From NCBI GenBank assembly GCA_964016885.1, contig CAXHJY010000465.1, positions 1 to 63,048 on the forward strand: 63,048 bases of DNA. The letters run 5' to 3'. Numbering within the stretch: position 1 is the first letter of the stretch; each line of letters begins with the position of its first letter. The position numbers and the translations under genes are program-made. Source of the stretch: Eledone cirrhosa (Eukaryota). The notes under the pieces are model-generated. The model saw only the letters and a list, made by a program, of their open reading frames with translations. It made no database searches and had not been told where the DNA came from. Of this stretch, positions 1-11,469 are shown piece by piece.

Positions 1-75
<75 letters not shown>
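1..75. repeat. (TA)n microsatellite
   Basis: Near-pure TA run at window start. Confidence 0.98.
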
Positions 76-209
76 TGTGTTTCTAAGTGAATTAAAACAA
101 AACACTAATGCTGAAAATCAACAACCGTAGTTTCAATGAAAAACACCAATTGTATTTTCTTAGCTGTGAGAGAAATTCAACAAAAATATACAACACAAGA
201 TAAAAATAA

Positions 210-393
210 ATAATTGTTTCTACTTTTAGCACAAGGCCAGCAATCACCCAGTACATTACTGGTACTTTATTTTATCGACTCCGTAAGGATGAAAGGCAAA
301 GTTAACCTCGGCGGGATTTGAACTCAGACTGTAAAGGGACGTAACTATGCTAGAAAGCATGGCGTCCAACCCTCTACCGATACTGCCAATTCA
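210..393 (-). mobile_element. tRNA-derived SINE, family A
   Basis: Minus strand reads GGTGAATTGGCAGTATCGGTAGAG (A box) ... GAGTTCAAATCCCGCCGAGG (B box) ... CCTTTCATCCTTACGGAGTCGATAAAATAAAGTACCAG; many near-identical copies in the window. Confidence 0.88.
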
Positions 394-697
394 CCAAAAT
401 AAATAATAAAACCAAAATATAAATGGCAACGATAGATTCGTTCGTAATTAAAGTTCTCATGAACAACAAAGGACAAAAACCACACCAAGAGAAATAACAA
501 TAAAAACAATATCAAAGGCAATGTATTAGAAGTTCTAAACGAAGAAGACAATGATAACAACAATAATGTTGATAATAATAATGAGAAGAATGAGCAACAG
601 TGAAGATATATGAACAGCAACAATAATTCTAACATCATTAATAAGTTTCAATAAACCAAATTAACTATTTATCGACTTATTTTCCCTAATGTAGAGA

Positions 698-1465
698 AAC
701 ACACACACAGGCACTCACACAGATACACACACAGGCACACACACAGGCACTCACACAGATACACACACAGGCACACACACAGGCACTCACACAGATACAC
801 ACACAGGCACTCACACAGATACACACACAGGCACTCACACAGATACACACACAGGCACACACACAGGCACTCACACAGATACACACACAGGCACACACAC
901 AGGCACTCACACAGATACACACACAGGCACTCACACAGATACACACACAGGCACACACACAGGCACTCACACAGATACACACACAGGCACACACACAGGC
1001 ACTCACACAGATACACACACAGGCACACACACAGGCACTCACACAGGCACTCACACAGATACACACACAGGCACACACACAGGCACTCACACAGGCACTC
1101 ACACAGATACACACACAGGCACACACACAGGCACTCACACAGATACACACACAGGCACACACACAGGCACTCACACAGATACACACACAGGCACTCACAC
1201 AGATACACACACAGGCACACACACAGGCACTCACACAGATACACACACAGGCACACACACAGGCACTCACACAGATACACACACAGGCACTCACACAGAT
1301 ACACACACAGGCACTCACACAGATACACACACAGGCACACACACAGTCACTCACACAGATACACACACAGGCACACACACAGGCACTCACACAGATACAC
1401 ACACAGGCACACACACAGGCACTCACACAGATACACACACAGGCACTCACACAGGCACTCACACA
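698..1465. repeat. Minisatellite of 12-bp modules (ACACACAGGCAC / TCACACAGATAC), 24/36-bp periods
   Basis: Directly visible; source of the Cys/Val-rich spurious ORFs. Confidence 0.95.
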
Positions 1466-1642
1466 AACATACATAAACAGACGGTGGTACACACGCATAT
1501 ACACACAGATACACACACATATACACATTCACAGAGACACAAACACACACACATACATACAAACATATGTATATATGTTTACATATATATATGAACATAT
1601 ATTCATGCATATAAAAATATGAACATGTCTATCTACCTATAT

Positions 1643-1660
1643 ATGTGTATACACATATAT

Positions 1661-1759
<99 letters not shown>

Positions 1760-1853
1760 ATATGCTTGTAGTTATATTTCACTAAAATATATTATAGATC
1801 CATTTAACTCAGCCTGCTCACTTTATTATTCCCCCTCTCCTCACATATATACA

Positions 1854-1916
<63 letters not shown>

Positions 1917-1933
1917 TCTGTGTGTGTGTGTGT

Positions 1934-1971
<38 letters not shown>

Positions 1972-1980
1972 GTGTGTGTG
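1643..1980. repeat. (TA)n and (TG)n microsatellites
   Basis: Directly visible. Confidence 0.95.
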
Positions 1981-2231
1981 TTTATATTGTTCATACTTCC
2001 AATGGTTTTTATCCGTAATGATATATATTCCCCCAAGATATACATACACAGATGCTCCCACACACATACACGTGTATATACTCACATGTACACATACACA
2101 CGCACACATTCCTACACTCACAGATTGTATACATTCATACACTGAAACCCATATATATTTTATACCTGTAACAAATAAGAAAAAAGTGTGCATAAATGCA
2201 CACATATCCATATAAACACACACACGTAGAT

Positions 2232-3002
2232 GCATACATACATATATACATACATATATACATACATATATACATACATATATACATACATATATACATA
2301 CATATATACATACATATATACATACATATATACATACATACATACATATATATACATACATATATACATACATATATACATACATATATACATACATATA
2401 TACATACATATATACATACATATATACATACATATATACATACATATATACATACATATATACATATATATATACATACATATATACATACATATATACA
2501 TACATATATACATACATACATATATACATATATATACATACATATATACATACATATATACATACATACATATATACATATATATATACATACATATATA
2601 CATATATATATACATATATACATATATACATACATACATATATACATACATATATACATACATATATACATACATACATACATATATACATACATATATA
2701 CATACATACATACATATATACATGCATACATACATACATACATATATACATGGATACATACATATATACATACATACATGCATACATACATACATATATA
2801 CATGGATACATTACATACAGACATATATGTATACATACAGACATATATACATGGATACATTACATACAGACATATATACATATACATGCATACATACACA
2901 CATATATACATGTATGTACAAATAAATACTTGTATAAAATTGCTTGTTCAGTCAATGTATATGATCAAACAATAATTATGCCTAGGGTACATTTGCATAC
3001 AT

Positions 3003-3084
<82 letters not shown>

Positions 3085-3200
3085 CTGTATATGTTGTATA
3101 TATGTGTGTGTGTGCATATATAAGTATATGTGTATGCGTACACATACCTACTCACAAATACGTACACACACAGACACACACACACACACACACCGACACA
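2232..3200. repeat. (TACA/TATA)n compound microsatellite with (TG)n and (CA)n tracts
   Basis: Directly visible. Confidence 0.95.
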
Positions 3201-3392
3201 TACATACATTTATATATATAACCTTGATTCAATGTTATTTACATGTTATCAATGCCGTCGAGCCCTTACACTCTATAAAACTGCTTTTCTATTTCTGTTG
3301 GTTTGTATACAATCAAACAATAATTATTTGTATGCTACACGACAACCAGGAGTAATAAAAGACCAGGCATATGGTCGTTCACATAGTGAAGC

Positions 3393-3600
3393 TAGGTGGC
3401 TTAGTGGTTAGAGAATTGGATTCGTGTATTTGCGAGTTCGATTCCCGGTCAAGATGATGCGTTATGTCCTTGAGCAAGATAATTTAATTCACGTTGTTCT
3501 GCCAGGAGTTGCGACAGGTAGATTGTTTCAGCAATGGAAAGAACTATGGAAACATTGTTTCCTTGGTCTGATTTGACGAGTTCAACCCCACTCGGTAAAC
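3393..3600 (+). mobile_element. tRNA-derived CORE-like SINE
   Basis: GGTGGCTTAGTGGTTAGAG (A box), GAGTTCGATTCCC (B box), TGTCCTTGAGCAAG (CORE-like); tail GGAAACATTGTTTCCT..GATTTGACGAGTT shared with 43420-43610. Confidence 0.75.
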
Positions 3601-3611
3601 GACTGAGGTCT

Positions 3612-3642
<31 letters not shown>

Positions 3643-3646
<4 letters not shown>

Positions 3647-3857
3647 AAGTGAGGTTTTTTTTACAAAATGAAAAATAACCGAGGTGTCCTACACGAGTGA
3701 AAGTATAAAGAAAAAAAGATGAAATCGAAAATGCAACTGGAGTCTTATTTTTAAAAATATATATATTTATTTGGTTCCTTTACCAGTTTCGCAGTTCTTC
3801 TGCTTTTCAAAAGTAGAGTTGAGATGGGGGTTCTGTGGTTTTTCTCACATCTGAGAA
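3643..3857 (-). mobile_element. Short PLE-type terminal (pLTR) fragment between (TA)n tracts, carrying an HHR
   Basis: Flanked by TA runs; second copy at 38078-38275; contains HHR motif. Confidence 0.6.
3777..3814 (-). ncRNA. Minimal type I hammerhead ribozyme with U3-A8 core variant
   Basis: Minus strand: ACTT-TTGAAAA-GCAG AAGAA CTGC-GAAA-CTG-GTA-AAGG; stem II GCAG/CTGC, stem I CTT/AAG, GUA cleavage triplet. Confidence 0.6.
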
Positions 3858-3867
3858 ATATATATAT

Positions 3868-4171
3868 AAAAGAAAATGTCGCTCTACATGGCTGAATACA
3901 ATAAATGTAATCTGAGATTTTCAAATATTAATAATAACATTCGATTCGTTTGCAATTATGCAAACAAGCCTCAATTTTAAAGCCATATCAGTAGAATGAA
4001 CCCTTCATTCTTGCTCTTGTGTTGGTATGTGAAGACAAGAGCAAGAATGAAGGGTGCATTCTACTGACATAAATTGAGGCTTGTTTGCAAAATTGCAAAC
4101 GAATCGAATGTTATTAATATTCGAAAATCTCAGATTACATTTATTGTATTCAGCCATGTAGAGCGACATTT

Positions 4172-4177
<6 letters not shown>
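3868..4177. repeat. ~310-bp palindrome (arms 3868-4020 and 4035-4177) flanked by (TA)n; fold-back MITE or head-to-head PLE ends
   Basis: AAAAGAAAATGTCGCTCTACATGGCTG... and ...CAGCCATGTAGAGCGACATTTTCTTTT are reverse complements, with a few indels along the arms. Confidence 0.92.
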
Positions 4178-4214
<37 letters not shown>

Positions 4215-4319
4215 AACTGAAATGGTGTGCGTTGCGTTATTTGCTCATTGTTGTAGGGAATCGAAAGACATTAGACGGTGTATAAATTTACCAGAAGACA
4301 TCTGTTATCATTATACTCC

Positions 4320-4700
4320 GTAGTGGTGGTGGTGGTGGTGGTGGTGATGGTGGTGGTAGTGGTGGTGATAGTGGTGGTGGTGGTGGTGATAGTGGTGGTG
4401 GTGGTGGTGGTGGTGGTGGTCGTGGTGGTGGTGGTCGTGGTGGTGGTGGTGGTAGTGGTGGTGGTGGTGATGGTGGTTCGTGGTGGTGGTGGTGGTGGTG
4501 GTAGTGATGGTGGTGGTGGTGGTGGTGGTAGTGGTGGTGGTGGTGGTGGTGGTGGTGGTGGTGGTGGTGGTAGTAGTGGTGGTGGTGATGGTGGTGGTGA
4601 TAGCAGTGGTGGTGGTGGTGGTGGTGGTGATAGTAGTGGTGGTGGTGGTGGTGGTGGTGGTGGTGGTGGTTGAGGTGGTTGGGTGGTTGTGGTCGTCGTT
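4320..4700. repeat. (GGT)n trinucleotide repeat
   Basis: Directly visible. Confidence 0.97.
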
Positions 4701-4837
4701 TGAGGTGGCAATGAAGACAAACAATAAATTAGTGGCAGGTGGAAAAACGGTGACATTGTTTGTAAAAGTAGAAGCTTATGAACGAATGCAACAGATGATA
4801 ATAAATTTGATTAATTAAAGTAATAGAGAAGGCGGCG

Positions 4838-4920
4838 GACAGAGAGGGGAGGAGAGAGAGAGAGGTAGAAAGAGAGAGTGACAGAGAGGGGAGGAGAGAG
4901 AGAGGTAGAAAGAGAGAGTG

Positions 4921-4954
<34 letters not shown>

Positions 4955-4955
4955 C
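4838..4955. repeat. (GA)n-rich tract with short tandem duplication
   Basis: Directly visible. Confidence 0.9.
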
Positions 4956-5179
4956 GTGTGTATTGGAGTGGGTGTGGGAATGATTGTGTGACGAAATTCA
5001 CTCTGGTATCCCCGTGGTTTCTAACTGATTCACACAGCTTGATACCTTGGAGAATATCTTCGACTATAGACTGAAGTTTAAGTAAAATCTGGTAGACAGA
5101 AACAGCGTGAAATCTCTTTATATATATATATGCATCAAGAAAAATAAAACGTCGGCGTGAAGAGATTATGAATTTATTT

Positions 5180-5292
5180 GCTTTTACATATGTTTCCGTG
5201 TCTATTATAAATTGTCTATATATACTGACTACAATATATATTGTTCAATTATATGCAATACTTAATCATTTATTACACCTCATCAGAAAACC
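5180..5292 (-). ncRNA. Type I hammerhead ribozyme with long (~75 nt) stem II insert
   Basis: Minus strand: GGTTTT-CTGATGA-G GTGT [AT-rich insert] ACAC G-GAAAC ATAT GTA-AAAGC; lies in the PLE 3' UTR in sense orientation. Confidence 0.68.
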
Positions 5293-5731
5293 TATAGTAG
5301 TGTAATTCAACTATTCACTATGAGGGAGAATTCAGTACTGAGATTTTCGTTTAAGAAAATGTAAATAAGTTAAAAAATAGTACAAAATACAGTCCGTTAG
5401 TGTGATAGTAGAGAGGAGAGGGAGTGGGGGTGAAGAGTTTCACACTATCAATACGTGTGCTGTGATGTGGAACAATTATTCTTTAACCATTATTATAGGT
5501 GAAGGTTTTGACGTTTACCATATATGGGGGTAGAGAAGGTATAGGGAGAGAGACAGAGAAAGATAAGGTAGAGATTAAGAATAGGCTAGAGTGGATAGGG
5601 AAGAAAGGAATTAAGAAAATGGGATTGCTTTGAATATTACTGAATCCATTGGCTCTGAAAAGTTCAAATGCCACATGAAATGTATTAAATAGTATGTAGT
5701 AAAACCTTGGAATTAGGGATTGGATCTTGTT

Positions 5732-6535
5732 CTAGTCCAGTTTGTATTTAGCGAAGGTTTTTAGAACCTGGTGTTTGCAATTAAATATCCTATCGTGCCG
5801 GGAATTTAGTAGGTCCTTTCCATTCACTATTTCAATTATCTCCGCCAAACATAGTTCACAGGGGCGTCTTTCTTTCCGGTATGGACAGGCGAATTGTAGC
5901 ACCAGCCATTGTAGTGCGTATTCAATATTAACGCGTTTCAGATACCAGATGTTTTTCGCCAGGGTCGTAGATTTAGCTAAACTGGGGTTTTTAAATGTGT
6001 GGGTGTGCACATACCATCTTTTCTTGAAAATATTCGAAGTGGAACCCACATATTTATATATCCCCAGTTTAGATTTTACCACATGTTGATAAATGATATT
6101 TTTGTATAAGCATTTACCCGATAGAGGACAATTGTTGGGATTTCTGCAGTTGCAGTTTGTCCGTGTATAGTGTGAGGTTTGCTCCCTGGTTCCATTGTTG
6201 GGGTGTGTTATTCCGGGTATTTTGTTGTTGCTCCGGATATCCCGTAAAGTGGAAGAGACGTTAGTATTTGTGGGTGTTGGTCTGATGAGTGGTGGAGGCT
6301 GTGAATGTTGCTGAGGATCCAGATTAAATCCGGGTTTCCATTGGCTGTTATTGCTATACCTACGGAGGTGTTTGTTATTCAATTCCATAATGGAATATCC
6401 CAGGTTAGCTGTGGTAGAATAGGATAGTCGGATGGTGTCTCTATTCAGTATTTTAGGGAATTTGTTTGTTGGAGGAAAGTGTTCGTCTATAAGTTTGAAG
6501 AAGAGATAGGACAGCTTAGTAATTACCAGATTGTT
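5732..6535 (-). pseudogene. C-terminal part of PLE ORF: thumb motif, Cys cluster and GIY-YIG endonuclease (5'-truncated, frame intact)
   Basis: Frame stays open upstream of the annotated ATG (FFKLIDEHFPPTNKFPKILNRDTIRLSYSTTAN), then CNCRNPNNCPLSGKCL, IIY..KYVGSTSNIFKKRWYVH, CELCLAE, LLNSR..FNCKH. Confidence 0.9.
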
Positions 6536-6590
6536 TTATGTGTGTGTGTGTGTGTGTGTGTCTGTGTGTGTGTGTGTGTGTATGTGTGTG

Positions 6591-6635
<45 letters not shown>

Positions 6636-6637
<2 letters not shown>

Positions 6638-6710
6638 GCAAAAGTAATAACAAAAATAACAAAGCAAACAGCACATTACATGGAAGAAATATATTAGTTT
6701 AACGCTATAC

Positions 6711-6712
<2 letters not shown>
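6636..6712 (-). mobile_element. Diverged 3' tail of the pLTR family at 23082 and 58962
   Basis: Reverse complement GCGTTAAACTAATATATTTCTTCCATG...TTGTTATTTTTGTT resembles GCGTTAACCTAATATATCCCTTCCATA...TTGTTATTTCTGTT. Confidence 0.55.
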
Positions 6713-6746
<34 letters not shown>

Positions 6747-6750
6747 CACA

Positions 6751-6884
6751 TTCGGATCTGGCTGTTGAAACGGCCAGGGCTCAGCCGTCGAGGTTCCGAA
6801 TGTTTTCATATTACCCACTGCACTACCCCAAGTGTCGAGTTCTCTGGAGTAATGGTCTAACTGGTTTTTATAGCCACCATTCTG
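6751..6884 (+). mobile_element. Short PLE-type 3' fragment carrying the 3' half of an HHR
   Basis: GAAACGGC..GCCGTC (stem III + GUC); homologous to 58742-58878 and 60064-60201; ends in (TA)n. Confidence 0.65.
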
Positions 6885-6973
6885 ATATATATATATATAT
6901 AAATGAAAGGTATAGAAATTGTTGTAGCGAGAAGCTAACAGTATTCCATAACATATATGCTGGCAGATGGGTA

Positions 6974-7018
6974 AACGGTGCTGATGATAGCTAACAAGCT
7001 TGAAACTAGTACATCGTT
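6974..7018 (+). ncRNA. Minimal type I hammerhead ribozyme (copy 1)
   Basis: AACGGTG-CTGATGA-T AGCT AACA AGCT T-GAAA-CTAGTA-CATCGTT; 7-bp stem I (one G-U), palindromic stem III ACTAGT, GUA site. Confidence 0.85.
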
Positions 7019-7175
7019 CCTGTGTCAGTGTTGAACAAAAAGGTGACGTGGTTGCCTTAACACCGTATGGCATAAATTCGGGCAGTTCAGTTTGTTGACA
7101 AACGAACAAAGCGGCGTTATAATAAGCGTCCGCTAAACTGATGCGTGCATATATGTATGTGTACCTGTATGTATA

Positions 7176-7255
<80 letters not shown>

Positions 7256-7489
7256 TGCTACTGTACGTCTGTATACATATATGTATGTACGTATACATAC
7301 ATACTTACATTTAAGTAAGTGCCATACTAAGAGTGAGAAATGAAATTTCGTTTTCATTTTTTTCAACTTATCGTTTTCGGTATGCCTGACCGATTTAACT
7401 CACTCAATATGCAAATTAGGCTGCTCAGCCGTTAATTTTCATAAGGAAAGTATATACTTTCGAACGTTCAACTATCTAGTAGATGGGTA

Positions 7490-7534
7490 AATGGTGCTGA
7501 TGATAGCTAACAAGCTTGAAACTAGTACATCGTT
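7490..7534 (+). ncRNA. Minimal type I hammerhead ribozyme (copy 2)
   Basis: AATGGTG-CTGATGA-TAGCTAACAAGCTT-GAAACTAGTA-CATCGTT. Confidence 0.85.
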
Positions 7535-7691
7535 CCTGTGTCAGTGTTGAACAAAAAGGTGACGTGGTTGCCTTAACACCGTATGGCATAAATTCGGGCT
7601 GTTCAGTTTGTTGACAAACGAACAAAGCGGCGATATAATAAGCGTCCGCTAAACTGATGCGTGCATATATGTATGTGTACCTGTATGTATA

Positions 7692-7736
<45 letters not shown>

Positions 7737-8113
7737 GCATATAGTATTTATATATATTTGTATCAAGTGCGCGTGTGCGTGTATGTGTGTGAGTGTGTGA
7801 GTGTGTGAGTGTGTGAGTGTGTGAGTGTGTATGCTTACATCATTCATTGTATATCGGCGAAAGATGTAGCCATCAGTTTGAAGAAAGTTCATCTAGTTAT
7901 AAACACTCCGTTGCCATGGTTGCTGCCAGAAACCAGTGATTCTGGAGGGTTGTAAGGTACGACACTATTGATTGCAAGTTGCAAAATAAATTATATATAA
8001 ACCCATTAATTAATTATTTAACTAATAAGTGGATAGAGATGAAACGAAATTTAAAAATGGACAGGTTTTTTAGAATGAAGTTAGAGAACTTGAGAACATG
8101 CAAATGTAGAGTG

Positions 8114-8301
8114 ATACACACAGACACACACACATACACACATACGCACACACACACACACACATACATACACACACATACACACACATACACATATACG
8201 CACACACACAGACACATACGCACACACACAGACACACACACACACTTACACACACATACGCACATACACATACACACATACACAGACACACACACACAAA
8301 C

Positions 8302-8339
<38 letters not shown>

Positions 8340-8385
8340 ACATATATATATAGTGATTGAAAGTTAACATGTGAGAGAAAGTATG

Positions 8386-8444
<59 letters not shown>

Positions 8445-8490
8445 AAAGACAGAGAGTGAGTGCGTGAGAGAGAAAAAAAGAGAAAGAAAG
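8114..8490. repeat. (CA)n and (GA)n microsatellites
   Basis: Directly visible. Confidence 0.95.
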
Positions 8491-8740
8491 ATAAAAAGAG
8501 ATAGAGATGACATGAGTAAGAGCGAGAAAAGCTGGTGTGTGGATATATATTGACATACAAGAAATAAATTAGTGTATAAAAGAGAGACGGGAGACAATAG
8601 GAATGTATAAGAATTATCGACATTAACAAAGTGAAATAATTACTTTAGTTTATCTTACCGTCGTGTATTGCAGGTAGGTTGGCATTGTCAATGTTGTTTT
8701 ATTTCCGAAAGTCGGGAACAGATGACCGAAATCTGAAGTA

Positions 8741-10122
8741 GAAGGAGGTTGTATTAAACTGAGAGAATAAGACACAAGTTATATAATCTGGAGGAAGTTG
8801 TATTAAACTGAGAGAATAAGACACAAGTTATATAATCTGGAGGAAGTTGTATTAAACTGAGAGAATAAGACACAAGTTATATAATATGGAGGAGGTTGTA
8901 TTAAACTGAGAGAATAAGACACAAGTTATATAATCTGGAGGAAGTTGTATTAAACTGAGAGAATAAGACACAAGTTATATAATCTGGAGGAAGTTGTATT
9001 AAACTGAGAGAATAATACACAAGTTATATAATCTGGAGGAAGTTGTATTAAACTGAGAGAATAAGACACAAGTTATATAATCTGGAGGAAGTTGTATTAA
9101 ACTGAGAGAATAAGACACCAGTTATATAATCTGGAGGAAGTTGTATTAAACTGAGAGAATAAGACACAAGTTATATAATCTGGAGGAAGTTGTATTAAAC
9201 AGAGAATAAGACACAAGTTATATAATATGGAGGAGGTTGTATTAAACTGAGAGAATAAGACATAAGTTATATAATCTGGAGGAAGTTGTATTAAACTGAG
9301 AGAATAAGACACAAGTTATATAATATGGAGGACGTTGTATTAAACTGAGAGAATAAGACACAAGTTATATAATCTGGAGGAAGTTGTATTAAACTGAGAG
9401 AATAAGACACAAGTTATATAATCTGGAGGAAGTTGTATTAAACTGAGAGAATAAGACACAAGTTATATAATCTGGAGGAAGTTGTATTAAACTGAGAGAA
9501 TAAGACACAAGTTATATAATCTGGAGGAAGTTGTATTAAACTGAGAGAATAAGACACAAGTTATATAATCTGGAGGAAGTTGTATTAAACAGAGAGAATA
9601 AGACACAAGTTATATAATCTGGAGGAAGTTGTATTAAACAGAGAGAATAAGACACAAGTTATATAATCTGGAGGAAGTTGTATTAAACTGAGAGAATAAG
9701 ACACAAGTTATATAATCTGGAGGAAGTTGTATTAAACAGAGAGAATAAGACACAAGTTATATAATCTGGAGGAAGTTGTATTAAACAGAGAGAATAAGAC
9801 ACAAGTTATATAATCTGGAGGAAGTTGTATTAAACTGAGAGAATAAGACACAAGTTATATAATCTGGAGGAAGTTGTATTAAACTGAGAGAATAAGACAC
9901 AAGTTATATAATCTGGAGGAAGTTGTATTAAACTGAGAGAATAAGACACAAGTTATATAATCTGGAGGAAGTTGTATTAAACTGAGAGAAAAAGACACAA
10001 GTTATATAATCTGGAGGAAGTGGTATTAAACTGAGAGAATAAGACACAAGTTATATAATCTGGAGGAAGTTGTATTAAACAGAGAGAATAAGACACAAGT
10101 TATATAATCTGGAGGAAGTTGT
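8741..10122. repeat. 49-bp minisatellite, ~28 copies
   Basis: Unit GGAGGAAGTTGTATTAAACTGAGAGAATAAGACACAAGTTATATAATCT. Confidence 0.97.
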
Positions 10123-10452
10123 AGAAAATGTCGTCTGTTTCTCTTGTGAAACAGAAAATATCTTCTTTTTTGTCTTGTGCTATCAGATATGTCTGATGGA
10201 GATTTTCCTTTTAAAACACTTTTAAAAGATAAGTTATCTTTAATGAATTTCAACTAAGCTAATTCAATTAGAAATAACATGCGAACGCAGACACACATAC
10301 ATACACATAAACGCAGACGCAACAAACGTGCACACACAACAAACCACACACTTAAACGCATACAGATATTCACACACCCACACATACACATACACATACA
10401 CACATTATTGCATTCGAGCTTTTTTTTTTTTTTTTTTTTTTACGGAATTTCG

Positions 10453-10472
10453 TTAAATCTCTCAGAAAGAAA

Positions 10473-10516
<44 letters not shown>

Positions 10517-10550
10517 GGAGGAGGAGGAGGAGGAGGAGGAGGAGGAGGAG
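10453..10550. repeat. (GAT)n then (GAG)n
   Basis: Directly visible. Confidence 0.95.
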
Positions 10551-10982
10551 TTCAAATTAAGAAAAAAGCCAGAAAAATGTTGAAAATATACAATTTAAAT
10601 ATATCTGAAGAATTTGATTGAAATAACAATTATTTTAGACGGAACCGATATTATTCTAGTTAAATAGTGATTATATGATTATTGTATAATTCATTTCTAT
10701 GGAAAAGTTCTGTGGAATGTCCGGAGGTGGGGGGGAGGGTATCCTTGGGTTTTGTAGCCGTTCCTTGTGTGTAATATAATGATAAGAGGCTGAGGTTAAT
10801 AGATGGGACTTGTAATTTAAATAAATGTAATCTAGTCGTTAAATGAATAGTGTGAAGGATGGGAACTCGACAGAGATAAAACCGGGTGAAAATACATTTA
10901 AAAAACGTAATTTGGCAAAGTAATTAGAGTTTAAATTAAGGTAATGGGAGGAGAGAGAGAGCGAGAGAGAGAGGGAGGGAGG

Positions 10983-11016
<34 letters not shown>

Positions 11017-11050
11017 GAGTGAATATAAATGAAGGTAATGGGAGGAGAGA

Positions 11051-11246
11051 GAATAATTGTTTCTACTTTTGGCACAAGGCCAGAAATTATCCCAGTGTAT
11101 TACTGGTACTTTATTTTATCGACCCCGTAAGGATGAAAGGCAAAGTTAACCTCAGCGGGATTTGAACTCAGACCATAAAGGGCCGTAACTCTTTGCTGTA
11201 AAGCATGGCGGCCGACCCTCTACCGATACTGCCAATCCACCGCCCT
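11051..11246 (-). mobile_element. SINE family A, near full length
   Basis: Homologous to 210-393. Confidence 0.88.
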
Positions 11247-11469
11247 TTGAGGAGAGAGAATAATGATGGAGTGAGTTTAAATAAGGATGTTATGTATACA
11301 TGATAATGAGAGGCGGGATAACAATAGTAGTTGTAGTAATGGTAGAAGGGAGAGAGATAGAGAGACAGAGTGTGTGTGTGAGAGAGAGAGATAGAGAGGG
11401 ATAGAGAGACAGCGTGTGTGTGTGTGTGAGAGAGTGGAGGATAGAGAGTAAGTGAGAAAGATATAGAGA

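Larger units (their letters stand above)
5132..6537 (-). mobile_element. 5'-truncated Penelope-like retroelement (Naiad-like), thumb/linker + GIY-YIG + 3' UTR with HHR
   Basis: Open frame 6535-5732, 3' UTR with HHR, 3' end abuts (TA)n at about 5131, 5' break abuts (TG)n at 6538. Confidence 0.88.
6960..7740 (+). mobile_element. Tandem 516-bp HHR-containing unit (retrozyme-like / non-autonomous PLE), ~1.5 copies
   Basis: Direct repeat with CTGATGA at 6981 and 7497; internal (TA)n; homologous to 61810-62580. Confidence 0.8.

Noticed and set aside
669-3411. Long Cys/Val/Tyr/His-rich ORFs (also at 17.7-20.6 kb, 33 kb, 39.4 kb, 49 kb, 56 kb and 59-62 kb)
   Set aside because: Translations of micro- and minisatellites, open in several frames and on both strands
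5132-6535. Selenoprotein/SECIS as described for some Naiad elements
   Set aside because: No in-frame TGA in the retained frame (all Cys codons) and no convincing SECIS seen
8741-10122. Possible CRISPR arrays (also 19051, 19700, 35079, 60375)
   Set aside because: Pure tandem repeats or microsatellite spacers; no unique spacers, no cas genes, eukaryotic context
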